This document shows positions 42,944 through 55,857 of a stretch of DNA of 64,000 nucleotides, one piece after another. The DNA lies in the NCBI GenBank assembly GCA_964016885.1, contig OZ024745.1:69192001-69256000 (forward strand), given 5' to 3'. Position 1 is the stretch's first letter. Each line of letters opens with the position of its first letter. A program made the translations under genes and the position numbers. Below the pieces are notes generated by a model. It worked only from the letters and a program-made list of their open reading frames with translations, made no database searches and was not told the origin of the DNA. Source of the stretch: Eledone cirrhosa (taxonomy: Eukaryota).

Positions 42944-43985
42944 AATTGAAAAAGTGGAGAATAACATGGTCAACAATACCAAAAAGGGGATTTATTGGCA
43001 GTCTAACAATTGTTTCAGTGATAGAGATGTCTAAAAATTACTGAACACTAAAAACAGTGCCACTCAATTTTAAATACGATGTTAACTCTACTAGATCATT
43101 TAATTTTAGTTTTATTTACATTTATCCATGCATTAACGTTTATTCAACTATTTGTCCCTCTATTCTTTTCGCTTCTTCTCTCTACCCTACGTTATTCTTA
43201 CTTATGTTTGTCTCTCATCTATATACCATCATCTTCTATATATCTTCCTCTCTTTATATTTCTATCTATAATAATTTCTCCTTTTCTTCTTCTTTCTCTT
43301 TTTCTTTTTCCTTTGCCATCTTCTTCTTTCTCCTTCCTTTCTTTTCTTTCTTTAATGTATCTATCTCCCTTTCTTCCTCCTTTCCTCTCTATATCTTTAT
43401 TATTAATATTATTATTGATGATGTAGGGTGGTGGATTGGCAGTATCGGTAGAGGGTCGGACGTCATGCTTTCCAGCATAGTTACGTCCCTTTACGATCTG
43501 AGTTCAAATCCCGCCGAGGTTGACTTTGCCTTTCATCCTTACGGGGTAGATAAAATAAAGTACCAGTAATGCACTGGATAATTGCTGGCCTTGTGCCTAA
43601 AGTAGAAACAATTATTATTGATGATGTAATTTGAATTTGCCGGTTACATATATACTTTTTTAACAGTTTCCGATGATCTAGTATAGTTAACATCGTATTC
43701 AAAATTTAGTGGCACTGTTTTTAGTGTTCAGCAATCTTTAGACAATACCTATCAGTGAAACAATTGTTAGAGTGCAAATAAATCCCCTTTTCTGTACTGT
43801 TGACCATGTTATTCTCCACTTTTTCAATTTTTGTTACTCCAAGATAAACTTACATAGGAATTCAAGTGAAATCATAAACTCGTCATCTACGTAAACCTCT
43901 TGTTGAGTCAAGCAACGCCGTACGCTAAAACTATCCATAATAAGAAGTATTCACAACCTCTAATTGGATTACCTATAACGATATT
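42944..43985 (+). mobile_element. PLE-type insertion with inverted arms (42944-43098 / 43673-43829), a SINE-interrupted spacer and a tail
   Basis: Inverted arms; hammerhead-like motif at 43664-43774; tail hairpin at 43835-43908. Confidence 0.7.
43425..43619 (+). mobile_element. SINE (family A) with 18-bp TSD ATTATTATTGATGATGTA
   Basis: TSD at 43408-43425 and 43611-43628. Confidence 0.9.
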
Positions 43986-44016
43986 TTGTATATATATATA
44001 TATGTATATGCATATA

Positions 44017-44050
<34 letters not shown>

Positions 44051-44110
44051 TATATATATGACTCTTTGAGTGTATACTCTAAATATAATATATATATATA
44101 TATATGTATA

Positions 44111-44150
<40 letters not shown>

Positions 44151-44190
44151 GAGATAAAATCCTTCTCTTAATGCTTACCTGTGTTTTCTC

Positions 44191-44237
<47 letters not shown>

Positions 44238-44279
44238 TATATATATGTATATATATATATGTATATGCATATATATATA

Positions 44280-44572
44280 TGAAACAACGCAGTTAAAGAC
44301 TTGCGTTTATCCCCGTCATTTTATGAGCTCAAGGATTAAATACCGGGCTCTTTATAATACAATATAGACAGGAGAAAACAGGAAAGGGTCTGTTTTCAAT
44401 TACAGCGTGTAGAAGGCCATCTGAGTGAAAAAAGGTGGCTTATGCAATTTAATTTATCTCTTTAATTATAATGTATTTCTCATACCTTTCGTAGTCTTTC
44501 ACTTTAAAGTTCCTCTATCCCCTGTAATTGAAAACATACTCTTTCGTGTTTTCTCCTCTCTATATTGTATAT
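44280..44572 (-). mobile_element. Mini PLE-type inverted element (arms about 44355-44405 / 44522-44572, tail 44280-44354)
   Basis: Inverted arms; tail hairpin AGCCC-GG..CC-TT-GAGCT at 44326-44349 (-). Confidence 0.6.
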
Positions 44573-44577
44573 ATATA

Positions 44578-44646
44578 TAGTAATAATAATAATAATTAAA
44601 GGGTGAAAGTACCGATTCTTTGTTTAAACTTTAATCTGTTATTTTA

Positions 44647-44655
<9 letters not shown>
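44578..44655 (-). mobile_element. Ultra-short PLE insertion of the 24.6-25.5 kb family
   Basis: The reversed tail end TAGTAATAATAATAA is joined to GGGTGAAA..TTAAACTTTAATCTGTTATTTTAATAAATAT, which matches 25401-25455. Confidence 0.65.
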
Positions 44656-44681
<26 letters not shown>

Positions 44682-44682
44682 A

Positions 44683-44714
<32 letters not shown>

Positions 44715-44764
44715 GGGTATATATATATATTGGTACATTATATATATACATATGGGTACATTAT

Positions 44765-44824
<60 letters not shown>

Positions 44825-47064
44825 CGTGTTTGTGTCTGTGTGTGGGGGTTAAAATGTACGTTTTATACCTAGAAATATATGCATTATATATGTTATAATT
44901 ATTTATAGGAACCCTTTTTATAAGAAATGAATTAATGGCATAAGGTAAACTTTAATTCACTTATTACGAGATGAAATATAATGGTGCTACTCCTTGGTGG
45001 ATTCGAGTTTACGGTTCTTGGTTACCTTTCGGCTTCGGTAATGGATATTGGGTGGTTTTTCCAACTGAATTCGTCCCCGTGAAATTAACATGTAAGCTGC
45101 TGAGTTTTCCAGTTACGTATAAGAACACAATTCTCATATCGAAAAGACATGACAAACATAGTAAAGCTGGATATATGAATTAACAGTAGAACCAATAGAG
45201 AAACATTGAGATAGATTAAATAGACAGCTGGTACTGGACGGGTACTCTATTTATTTTTATAGGATGAAAGATAATATTGTCATCAGCGAAATTGTAACTC
45301 CGACCGCAGAGAATCGGAAAAAAATACTGCACAGCATTTTACCCAACGCTCTGGAAATTCAACCAAATCATTGTGCTAGCGAAAGCATAATAATGGGAAC
45401 AAAATGCGAATGTTATTATATGCTTTGGTACAGGAAAATTAGACGTAAGTGTAAACAAGGGAAACATAGTTACCTTCCGCCTACGAGTAATTTAATGTAG
45501 TAGACTTGGTTATTTGCTATCTTCAATTGTAAGAAACCAGCTTTTTATATAACATTTCAATAACCCCCAAACCTCTGGAAACCTTGTTAAGAGATTCATA
45601 TATCTTCATAAGAGATTCAGCTAATAAATTCTACTGATAGAACATTTTTATTCTTTAATTCCGACACAGGAATACAGGAATGCTGAAACAGTAACAGGTG
45701 TCGAATTATCACACGATCTCCTCGTATGCTTGAAAATAGATATACGTTTGGGAGGATTTTACTATAAACAAGCACACACGCACACAAACAAACAAACACA
45801 CACACACACACACACACGCACATAAATATATATATATACATAGATAATCTATGCTACCCAACACATCTATCGTTACGTTTACTTCAAATTATCTCGTCTT
45901 AACACTATATTTGTTTAGAAATTCAACAGTATGTTGTTGACTGCACGATGGTCCTTTGCTTATCTATCATCCGTCTTGATTTTTATTCAAGCTGTGTAAC
46001 ACTTTCATGTGTTTATAAATAATCTAGGTAAATTTCTGGAAATTTCTGGATATCATATCTATTTACTACATATGATATCTCTGAGATGATTGCACGTATA
46101 TGCTATTTAGAAACCACATCCTACAATATTTGTTCTATGTGTGTTTACGCAATTTATTATTGTACAAAATATAATTTAGAGATTTTGCTCTATGTTAAAT
46201 TTGTTATTATGAAAATTAAATAAAAAAAATATAATGAAATGCTAAATCATAGATAGTAAACGTGAAGCTATATACCACATTCTGATTAACTATACCACAT
46301 TCCTATTAACTATTATACCACATTCTGCTTAAATATTATATCCTTGCAATTAGTACAGAAAAAACAACAATCAGGAAGGGAGACAACTTTAATAATATGC
46401 GATAAATAAATTTCGGACAATTTCAAGTTTTCAGTTACGAATAGCTTTTATCTTTATATTTCAATGGTGAAGATAATTGACATCTTTACTTTAAAGCTAT
46501 AGATTAATTGTTATTCTCGCTTAATGACTGAATAGTATCGTGGTTTATAGTGACGAAAAGGTTTTTTATTCTTCAGAGGAAAGTGAAAGAAACGTTTTAA
46601 AATCGATATTAATTCCGTTCTTGTTCGACTAATCATGCTGAAATTGCAAGGAAACATTCTGATACATACATGAGTATCTCATACATGAATTACAGTAAGT
46701 AGAAAACAATTCAAGTAAATGAGATTATCCTTATAGTTAGCAGATTAAACTTCTCTCTGGGAATATTTGAAATCAAGAAATAATATCAGCTATCAACTAA
46801 AAAATAAAGACAATGAAGTTAGAACTGATTCTAATCTTCGAAGACATGTTTCGATCTCACCAGCAAGGCATATTTCCCTACATTTGCAAGACGTGGTCAG
46901 CATATACAGAAATTGAGGGAGTGTATTGACGTTGATTATGAATACCAGCAAAATATCTGAGACCTTTCCTTTGCAAATAATAGACTAAACTTCCTTCAAT
47001 AAGTATTTAACATCTAAAAACAAGAAACAATGTAGGCAACGTTAATACTATCACCGAATCCACA

Positions 47065-47256
47065 TTGGTAAATTGGCAGTATCGGTAGAGGGTCGGACGC
47101 CATGCTTTGACACATAGAGTTACGGCCCTTGCCATTCTGAGTTCAAATCCCGCCGAGGTTAACTTTGCATTTCTATCCTTACGGGGTCGATAAAATAAAG
47201 TACCAATAATGTACTGGGTAATTGCTGGCCTTGTGCCAATAGTAGAAACAATTATT
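47065..47256 (+). mobile_element. SINE (family A)
   Basis: Homology to 161-355. Confidence 0.85.
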
Positions 47257-48219
47257 TGGTATTGATACATTTTCAGTGATGTCCCTTAATATTTGCGTTC
47301 GGATATTGACCATATCTAGAGGGATTTCTTTCTCGATAATCTGCAAGCGTAAACTAAGTCGATTGAAATTTCCGCTCAGTCATATATGCGTTATCCTTCG
47401 TCTTCTGGATATTTTGACCCGTCTCCATCTTGCCAACTGATATGAATATTCTTCGGTGCGGAGGTCTAAGATATCGATAAATGTCTATTGCTTTCGTCGC
47501 ATGTCTTTAAAGACAAGGCAGATTTTACTTCTTTAATATACTTGAGGCAAGATTAAAGATTTCGCCTTTGTGCCATAAACATAATTTTTAAAATGAATAA
47601 ATATTCTCCAGGAAGCTCTTTTAGTTTATAAAATATAACTATATTTTCAATTAAATATGCTTGTTATTCGTTGAAATCTTTTCAGTATTTCCGTTACACA
47701 TCCACCCTGAATGTCCATACATCGAGCATTGTCATGTAAAAGGAAACTAAAAGTAGTGAATTTTCTTAATATCATATATGGCACGTAGATTTCTTCTATA
47801 ACAAAATAACATTGAAGATATTGTATATACAAAAATTATTTACCTGTCTACACATACTGTTGTCTAAAAATCTATTATGAATTCTGGTTAAGTGTCACTG
47901 CATGTCACATTGTGATAGTGTTGCCTATCATAGCTGTGTTTTCAACAATGCCATGTGAGCGGAAACTGATAAGCGGATACCGTACAAAGCCCAGCTTAAA
48001 CACACACACATATATATATTTGTATATATTTATACATCTGTATTATTTGTGTGAATGCCTGTGTGTGTCTTTGTTTCTGTATCTATGGTGATATTTTATT
48101 ATATTCCCCGTAGCAACGACACAGCAGATATATGGCCACTGTTTATTGAATGAAACTGGTTAAATGAGTAAAATAATAATAGTATATCCAGTAGTACAGT
48201 ATAGTATTATTATTTAGTA

Positions 48220-48418
48220 GAGGGCGGTGTATTGGCAGTATCGGTAGAGGGTCAAACGCCGTGCTTTGCAGCAAAGAGTTACGGCCCTTTATGGTCTGAG
48301 TTCAAATCCCGCCGAGGTTAACTTTGCCTTTCATCCCTACGGGGTCAATAAAATAAAGTACCAGTAATACACTGGGATAATTTCTGGCCTTGTGCCAAAA
48401 GTAGAAACAATTATTATT
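48220..48418 (+). mobile_element. SINE (family A) with 18-bp TSD ATTATTATTTAGTAGAGG
   Basis: TSD at 48206-48223 and 48410-48427. Confidence 0.9.
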
Positions 48419-49766
48419 TAGTAGAGGTTATTCCATTCTTAGTGAACCGCAAACTTCAGGGACATTGGATTCGTAAGCAAAACGTAAATATATATGAGCA
48501 GTGTGGCACAGAAATTGCAGAGAAATGGAAGATGATCACATAGCAGACATTAACGTATCAACTTCTTTTTTAACTGTTATAATTGCAACCTCTGGTGTCT
48601 TCATTGCCTGGACTATCATTTGCACCTTCAAATCATGATACCAACAGGTTAGCTGGAATGGCTGATATCGCCAACCACACCACCTCGCAACACGTTTTAT
48701 CGTGGACTGTTACTGAGATATACTGTCCAAGTCGTGGAGTGTAGTTTACTTTTTAATCATTTTGTTTGTTATACTTTTAATTGGATTACTGAAGATTAAT
48801 AACATTTCAACTTTATTTAAAGATAAAAATATGCTTATGTATTTGTTTTAAAAAGGCCTTGATTGTATGTGGAAACATTATTACATATTAAGAATATTAT
48901 GATGTCAATCAAGCCTTGTTGGATTTTGACTTCAGTATTATAATTAATCAGGAAAATAATCTCTCAATTTACTAATTAATTAACTAAATAATTAATTGTC
49001 AAATAAACTTTCGTTATAGCCTGTGCTATAGCGGTTGCCGTTTTCGTTTCATCGTCAACCACACTTCATCTTTACTCTATCCCTTATGTCTGTCCGATGA
49101 AGAACCTCTGGAAATATATTAGTATAGTTGTTACCACTAAATATCATTGGACATCTATTATAAATCTCAGCTCACAACTGTTATCTATCGGGACGATTGG
49201 TGTCAATAATATTCATGGCATCTTTATTTAAAACACTAAAATAAATCTCGATGTTATAAATTATCAAACTGGCGTACAATCTAAGTAGATAAGGAAATCC
49301 CTCGTGTTTATCAGTGCGAGATATGATAAATATAATGGCAAGATCTTGCTCCAAATTCCGAAAATCTATTTCCCTACAACATAAATAATAATACGGATAA
49401 TAGATAACAATTGAAAATAAGGTCATATGAAATGAGAACATTTCAAGAAATAATAATGTTGCTTAACGTTAAGATATTGCTGATTATTTAAATTGTATTT
49501 TAGAAGTTTAATTCATCCATACATTCTATTAGGAAATGATGACAATAAAACAGCTGGCTGGAAATATTAAAGTATTTTATGAGATTCCTATTACCTTCCA
49601 TGATAGTTGGTGTAAAATATCACAGTATCGATTTTGGAACACGATTATATACACTTTAATTGTAATAATCGACTTTACTCATTCTTTATACATGCATACG
49701 TTCGACATACACTCATACACACACACACACATATATATATATACATGTGTGTGTGTGTGTGTGTGT

Positions 49767-50377
49767 GTTTACAAACACACCGAGCATTATAATAAATCTT
49801 CGGTGAATCCATACGTACATATATATATATATGTGTGCATGTATGTATATATACATACTACTGTACGCCTGTATACATATATGTATGTACGTATACATAC
49901 TTACATTTAAGTAACAGCCGTACTAACAGTGAGAAATGAAATTTCGTTTCATTTTTTCCGTTTATCGTTTTCGGTACCCCGGCCGATTAACTCACTCGAT
50001 ATGCAAATTAGGCTGCTCAGCCGTTAATATGCATAAGGAAAGTATATACGTTCAATCATCTGGCAGGAAGGTATACGTTGCTGACGATAGCTAATAAGCT
50101 TGAAACTAGTACAGCGTTCCTTTGTCAGTGTTGAACAAATGAGCAACGATGGTTGCTAGACACTGCATGGCTAATTCGGGATGTTTGTTTACAAACACAC
50201 CGAACATTATAATAAATGTTCGGTGAATCCATACGTACATATATACATATGTGCATGTATGTATATATATACATACTACTGTACGTCTGTATACATATAT
50301 TTTTGTACGTATATATACTTATATTTAAGTAACAGCCGTACTAAGAGTTAGAAATGAAATTTCGTTTCATTTTTTCC

Positions 50378-50382
<5 letters not shown>
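49767..50382 (+). mobile_element. Retrozyme-like 420-bp unit, about 1.5 tandem copies
   Basis: GTTTACAAACACACCGA occurs at 49767 and 50187; one hammerhead lies within the unit; the element ends at (TA)n. Confidence 0.75.
50075..50117 (+). ncRNA. Minimal type I hammerhead ribozyme
   Basis: ACGTTG-CTGACGA-TAGC-TAATAA-GCTT-GAAA-CTAG-TA-CAGCGT, with palindromic ACTAGT as stem III and a GUA triplet. Confidence 0.85.
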
Positions 50383-50426
<44 letters not shown>

Positions 50427-50428
<2 letters not shown>

Positions 50429-50640
50429 GTAGGAGGTGAGTTTTATTGTAGCACAATAAAGCAATGCAAATATCGGATAAGTAGCACTCAATAGTTTATT
50501 GGACTGAAGTATATATAAGAAGAAATTAAAAGATGGTTAAAAAAGTTCCATGTATTTTATTATGCGCATTTCAAAAACAAATAGTTTTTGAAATGCGCAT
50601 AATAAAATGCATGGAACTTTTTTAACCATCTTTTAAATTC

Positions 50641-50645
<5 letters not shown>
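50427..50645 (-). mobile_element. Mini palindrome of the same family as the 59.8-64 kb Neptune PLE (arms 50519-50578 / 50584-50644, tail 50427-50518)
   Basis: Collinear with 59801-59952; contains GAAA-TGCGCA-TA; tail hairpin at 50484-50512. Confidence 0.85.
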
Positions 50646-50681
<36 letters not shown>

Positions 50682-50685
<4 letters not shown>

Positions 50686-50821
50686 TTAATATAGATGAGA
50701 TTCTACAGGACTAACAGTTCTAGTCCTGTAGAATCTCATCTATATTAAAACTATTATACTCTGCTATGTATTGAGTACCCTATTTACTGTGGTTACCTCC
50801 GATTCAACCCGGAATAACGTA
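50682..50821 (+). mobile_element. Mini PLE palindrome (38.9 kb family, shorter arms)
   Basis: Reverse complement of 38924-39030; tail hairpin at 50756-50778. Confidence 0.85.
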
Positions 50822-51720
50822 TATATATATATATATATATAATGAATAAATATAAATATAGTTATATAAAATTTACTATATACGGAGATGTCGTTCTTCG
50901 ATATTAAACTGAACAAATGCTTAGGTTTAATCGTCTTTTAATCCTGATCTTTGTGTCTATTAGTTCTGTATTTAGAATGGAATAATAGTTCTCTTATGTT
51001 GATTAGTATATACTTGTTTAACAGCCCTAGTCATTTTATGAACCTCTTGTCTTTTAGGTATTGGTTCTCCATCTGTTCTGACGACGAAAGCTCCTACTCG
51101 TTGATCATTAACATGAAAGCTTCTAAGCAATCGACAGAACGTTTACAGTTCACGTAACTTTCAGGGATCTGTCCGTAGCAAGACTGGCTTTTGAGTTACA
51201 GATACAATTTTCCTCACAACGTACCTTACTTAAGGGCACAACGTCTCGTCGAGATTCGTACTCAATACCTTACGATTAAGAGCCGAACACCGTAAGCGTT
51301 AAGCCACACTTCCTCACATATAAAACATAAACTTCAACTAATACATTCTATTCATGTTTAAGATGGTAGTGAGTTATTTGAGAGAAATTTAACAGTGATT
51401 TCTTGCAAGTTGTACGACCAATGCAAGGTCGATTGTTGGCTGTTCTGGATGAAGCTGTTATTCGTAGCGTTTGTAATTGGCCTGCTTTTAAACTGAGAGG
51501 AACGGATCATGAGTGATTCTCTGTTGATCATCGCGTGGCCCGTGTCTCAATGCGACGTCATACCAGTTCAATATATTTAAACTTCATCAGTCAGTAAATC
51601 CAAAATGATCTTCATGGCTAGATTAGACAATTGTCGTATTCCGGAAAACATTCCCAGTCTAGTATAGTGTTATTAACTCATGGCTAATGTGACTTAAGTA
51701 TTAAACACGTAAAAATTACA

Positions 51721-52073
51721 CGGACATGTAAAAATGAACACACAAACACACACGGGAATACATTTCTACACTCTACCGAGGAGAATTTGATGTTTATTCA
51801 TTTAATGATCGAATGATTTAAATAATAGGGAATATTAAATACACATTGCAGCCGGATTGCTGGAACAGGTAAAACAGTAAAAGAGTATACATATATATAT
51901 TATATACTCTTTTACTCTTTTACATGTTCCAGCCACCCGGCTGCAATGTATATTTAATATTCCCTATTATTTAAATCATTCGAACATTAACTGAATAAAC
52001 ACTAAATTCTCCTCGGTAGAGTGTAGAAATGTATTCCCGTGTGTGTTTGTGTATATTCATTTTTACATGTCCG
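51721..52073. repeat. Inverted duplication of about 170 bp centred on a short TA tract
   Basis: Arms 51721-51889 / 51903-52073 with scattered mismatches. Confidence 0.85.
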
Positions 52074-52584
52074 CAGGTACGTGTTTAAATATTTGTAAAT
52101 AAAATAGTGCTTAATAATATATTTCTGCTAAAAGTTTCAAATGGAGCGGACCTATTGCTAAAAGATCTTTCTAGAGTATGAAGCAAAGAATAAATTCAAC
52201 TTTCATTGATTTTTCATTTCGGGTATTCCTCCCTGTCAAGACAGCTTTCACCTCTAGTCAAAGCTAGAATAACGATTGTTTTTCCTTTGGCAGAAAGCCA
52301 CAGTTTTGTTGGGTAGAAAACAGGAAAATACATTGATTGAATCGTCTAGCTATCTAGATTGAATCAGCTGGTACGGATTTATCAAATCCGGAAGTATAGA
52401 AAGTAATATATATTTAGTAAACCTTATTTAATCTACACACTAACAAGGGGAATATAACACAGCTACTGTTTTAGTGTGTAGGAGATGTTCTGAGAATGTC
52501 CTCCATATTTTCACAATAATTTTGAATCGTAGAATTTGATATTATATATTTTGTATGCCATTACAAATATGGGGATAAGAGTCT

Positions 52585-52705
52585 AAGTTTAAAGTCTGTC
52601 TTAAGCCAGAAGGCTCATTTGGTCGGTGCTTATCCCGGTTTCATGGCGTGAAGCGACTGAGAGTACAAGACCCCCCCCTGGACAGGACGCCAGTCCATTG
52701 CAATG
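52585..52705 (-). mobile_element. 3' fragment of a V/Nin-type SINE
   Basis: The reverse complement reads GCAATGGACTGGCGTCCTGTCCAGGGGGGG..GTCGCTTCACGCCATGAAACCGGGATAAGC, which resembles metazoan SINE 3' domains. Confidence 0.55.
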
Positions 52706-52949
52706 ATAAGAGTACAGAGTATATATTTACTGAGATTAGATAGTAAACTGTTCATATGCAGGTGAGTTTCCATGTTTCCTGAAATCCTATTTGTGGCGAA
52801 AGAGTGCCATCGTGATACGGTATTTTAAACATTAAGATCCCATAACTCCTTGTGGAATCGTAGAGGCACCGTAAAATGGTGCGTCTAGGGCACTTCTGAA
52901 CCTGGCGGAACATAACCCTCTCCAGGTCTGGACAAAGCCGATTTTTCTA

Positions 52950-53120
52950 TAGAGGAATAATCGACCCCAGTACTGGACTGGTACTTTTTTTATTGACCTC
53001 GAATGGATAAAGGGCAAAATTGACCCCGTTGGGATTTGAATTCAGAGCGCACAATGAGGTGGGACGAATACCGTAAAGCATTCTATCCGACGTCTTAACG
53101 ACTCTGTCAATTCACCGCCT
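52950..53120 (-). mobile_element. Diverged SINE (family A-like)
   Basis: The reverse complement starts AAGGCGGTGAATTGACAGAGTCGTTAAGACG..CTGAATTCAAATCCC. Confidence 0.7.
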
Positions 53121-54389
53121 TTTGAATATTGAGGAACCTTTTTCATTCCAAGTTTGATCACAGCCAATTGCTTCCTGAGACAGAGGGAAACAACTGAACT
53201 GGTATATTATTTATGGATGTCGAAAGGGTGAAATGCAAAGTTGACCTCGGTGGAATTTGAAATCAAAGCCCAGAGAGATGAAACAAATTCTGCAGAGAAT
53301 TCTGTGGACCTCTCGACTGAGAGCTTTGTCGTAGAGTGAATTAGGACCAGTGAATAGAAAATACAAACGGTATTGATAAATATATATGCTCTAACAGGAA
53401 CTATAGTTTATTGACAAGGGGTTTTTCTACTTTAATGCGTGTGATGAGACGTAGATTTGAACATCAGAAACTTGCGTGATTGATGAGGCTAGTGATCTTT
53501 TTGTATATTTGTATGTCTACAGAGTAGAATAGGGAAAAGGGAGACGTGTAATTCTAGTTGAATGCTCGTAGGAGAATCAACAGTTATAAAACAAAGTAAC
53601 AGAGGACCAAGTATTATTGTAAATGTTATTGCTTAGCTCTACTCACCACTCACAATGGGGCCTTAGAATTAAAGATATTGCATATCTCTTCATCTTCATT
53701 TTAGACTACATCGTTGACTGAATCCATGTTGGTGTCAAATATTTGTGCAGGATGTGAGAGGTGTTTGGCATCTGTTTATAAGGGGTTCCAACGTTGCTGT
53801 AAGTGGCAGGCATTCCTTGTTTGATGGAAATGTTGTCTCTCTAGCACGCACCATTAAACTTGGAGAAGCGTTAGGTTTAGCACATTCTATAAGTCTTCAT
53901 CGCGAAATTATATCGTCTTAGGATTTGTTGAGAAGTTATATGGTCGATATTTATGAAAATATTACTCTAGAGATACGTAAAAAAATTTACACTACTTTCA
54001 ATGATTTGTTTCTCAATTAATCTTTAATTAGAGTCTCTGATATTCTATAGTATATAATTTTTTTTTCAAGCTACATTTCGACGTAAATTCCCTATTTGAA
54101 CGCTAAATCTTTATCCACTTTCAATATCTATAAATATTACTTAATGATGACAAATGCTGGAAAACTCAAATTCTTCCAAATTCCCAAGTGATAATGAATG
54201 TTGTAGTAATGAGAAGCTGGAAGGGAGAGATAGAAATACCACATTTCATTTTCCCAGGTTTTCTCTTATCAAAGATTTTTTCAAACAGTTTAATGAATTA
54301 ATGATCGCGTATAAATATTACCAATATCCTACAAAACTGTTTTTAAAATCTATAATACATTATAATATAATATAATACCTATGTATCTA

Positions 54390-54502
<113 letters not shown>

Positions 54503-55169
54503 GTGTGCGTATGTGTGTTTGTGTATATAATAAAATATAATATGGGAAATGGAAATTGTTTTAGTTTTAAAATTAACCAGAAATTTATTGTTGGTAACGA
54601 AAATAAGGTTTAATTAGATAAGTGACGTAAATAGGTAGACATGTAGTTGAATTAGTTCAGGAATTCGGCAAGAAATTGAAATAATTCAGTTGTAAATTGC
54701 AGCGGATAATAACCACCGAGACAGGAAAGGAAATAAATATAATGTAGAGAGTATTTCTTAATTGTTTTCACCAAAAGGAAGAACTTCTAGTAGAGAATAT
54801 TATGAATACGGCACCGATAATGGTATAAATAGCTTCACTTAAAGTTAATCCTGCTACTGATTTAGAGCAACTATAGAAGTCGCGATATATTTGTCGAAAA
54901 TAAAGGGTACTTTGCATGAACCAGCGCAGATCAGCTTGACATAAAACGTTGGGAGGGGTTGATCTTACGAAGTCTAGCGTTAGGGAGTCAAAAATAGACG
55001 GCAATAGAATTGGTATTATCGTTGCAAGTACATGACCGATACTACCTTTCATTGGAGATGATCAATAGTGAATTGGAATGAAAGTAAATCTATATCTATT
55101 GGCTGACTTGTTAGGAGATTAAAGAATCAGAAATATACATAGAAATTAAATTCTCTCGGAAATTACTGC

Positions 55170-55299
<130 letters not shown>

Positions 55300-55385
55300 G
55301 TGTGTGTGTACACATACATATGGACACATACATATGGACACATATATAGGGATATATATATATATATATCCCTCTATATATATAT

Positions 55386-55477
<92 letters not shown>

Positions 55478-55814
55478 TTATGTTTCTATACGTATATATA
55501 TATATAGATTTATGTTTCTATGTACGTACGTATGTATGTATGTGCATATATATGTATGCTTGCATGCATCTATATATATGTGTATATTTCTAAGTTACTA
55601 AACGTATAAACCTCTCAGCAAAGCTAATGCAATCACTGAACAAATATATATATATAGAGAGATTTAATATTCCTCTCAACTTTCATTCACTTTTATAGGT
55701 GGAAAATGTTATGTTGTTATACAGTTGCGTCTTCATCTGTGATCTATATGGTAGATATTGTCAGAGAAAGGACACAAAAACACATACACACACACAGACG
55801 CACCGGCAAACGCC

Positions 55815-55857
<43 letters not shown>

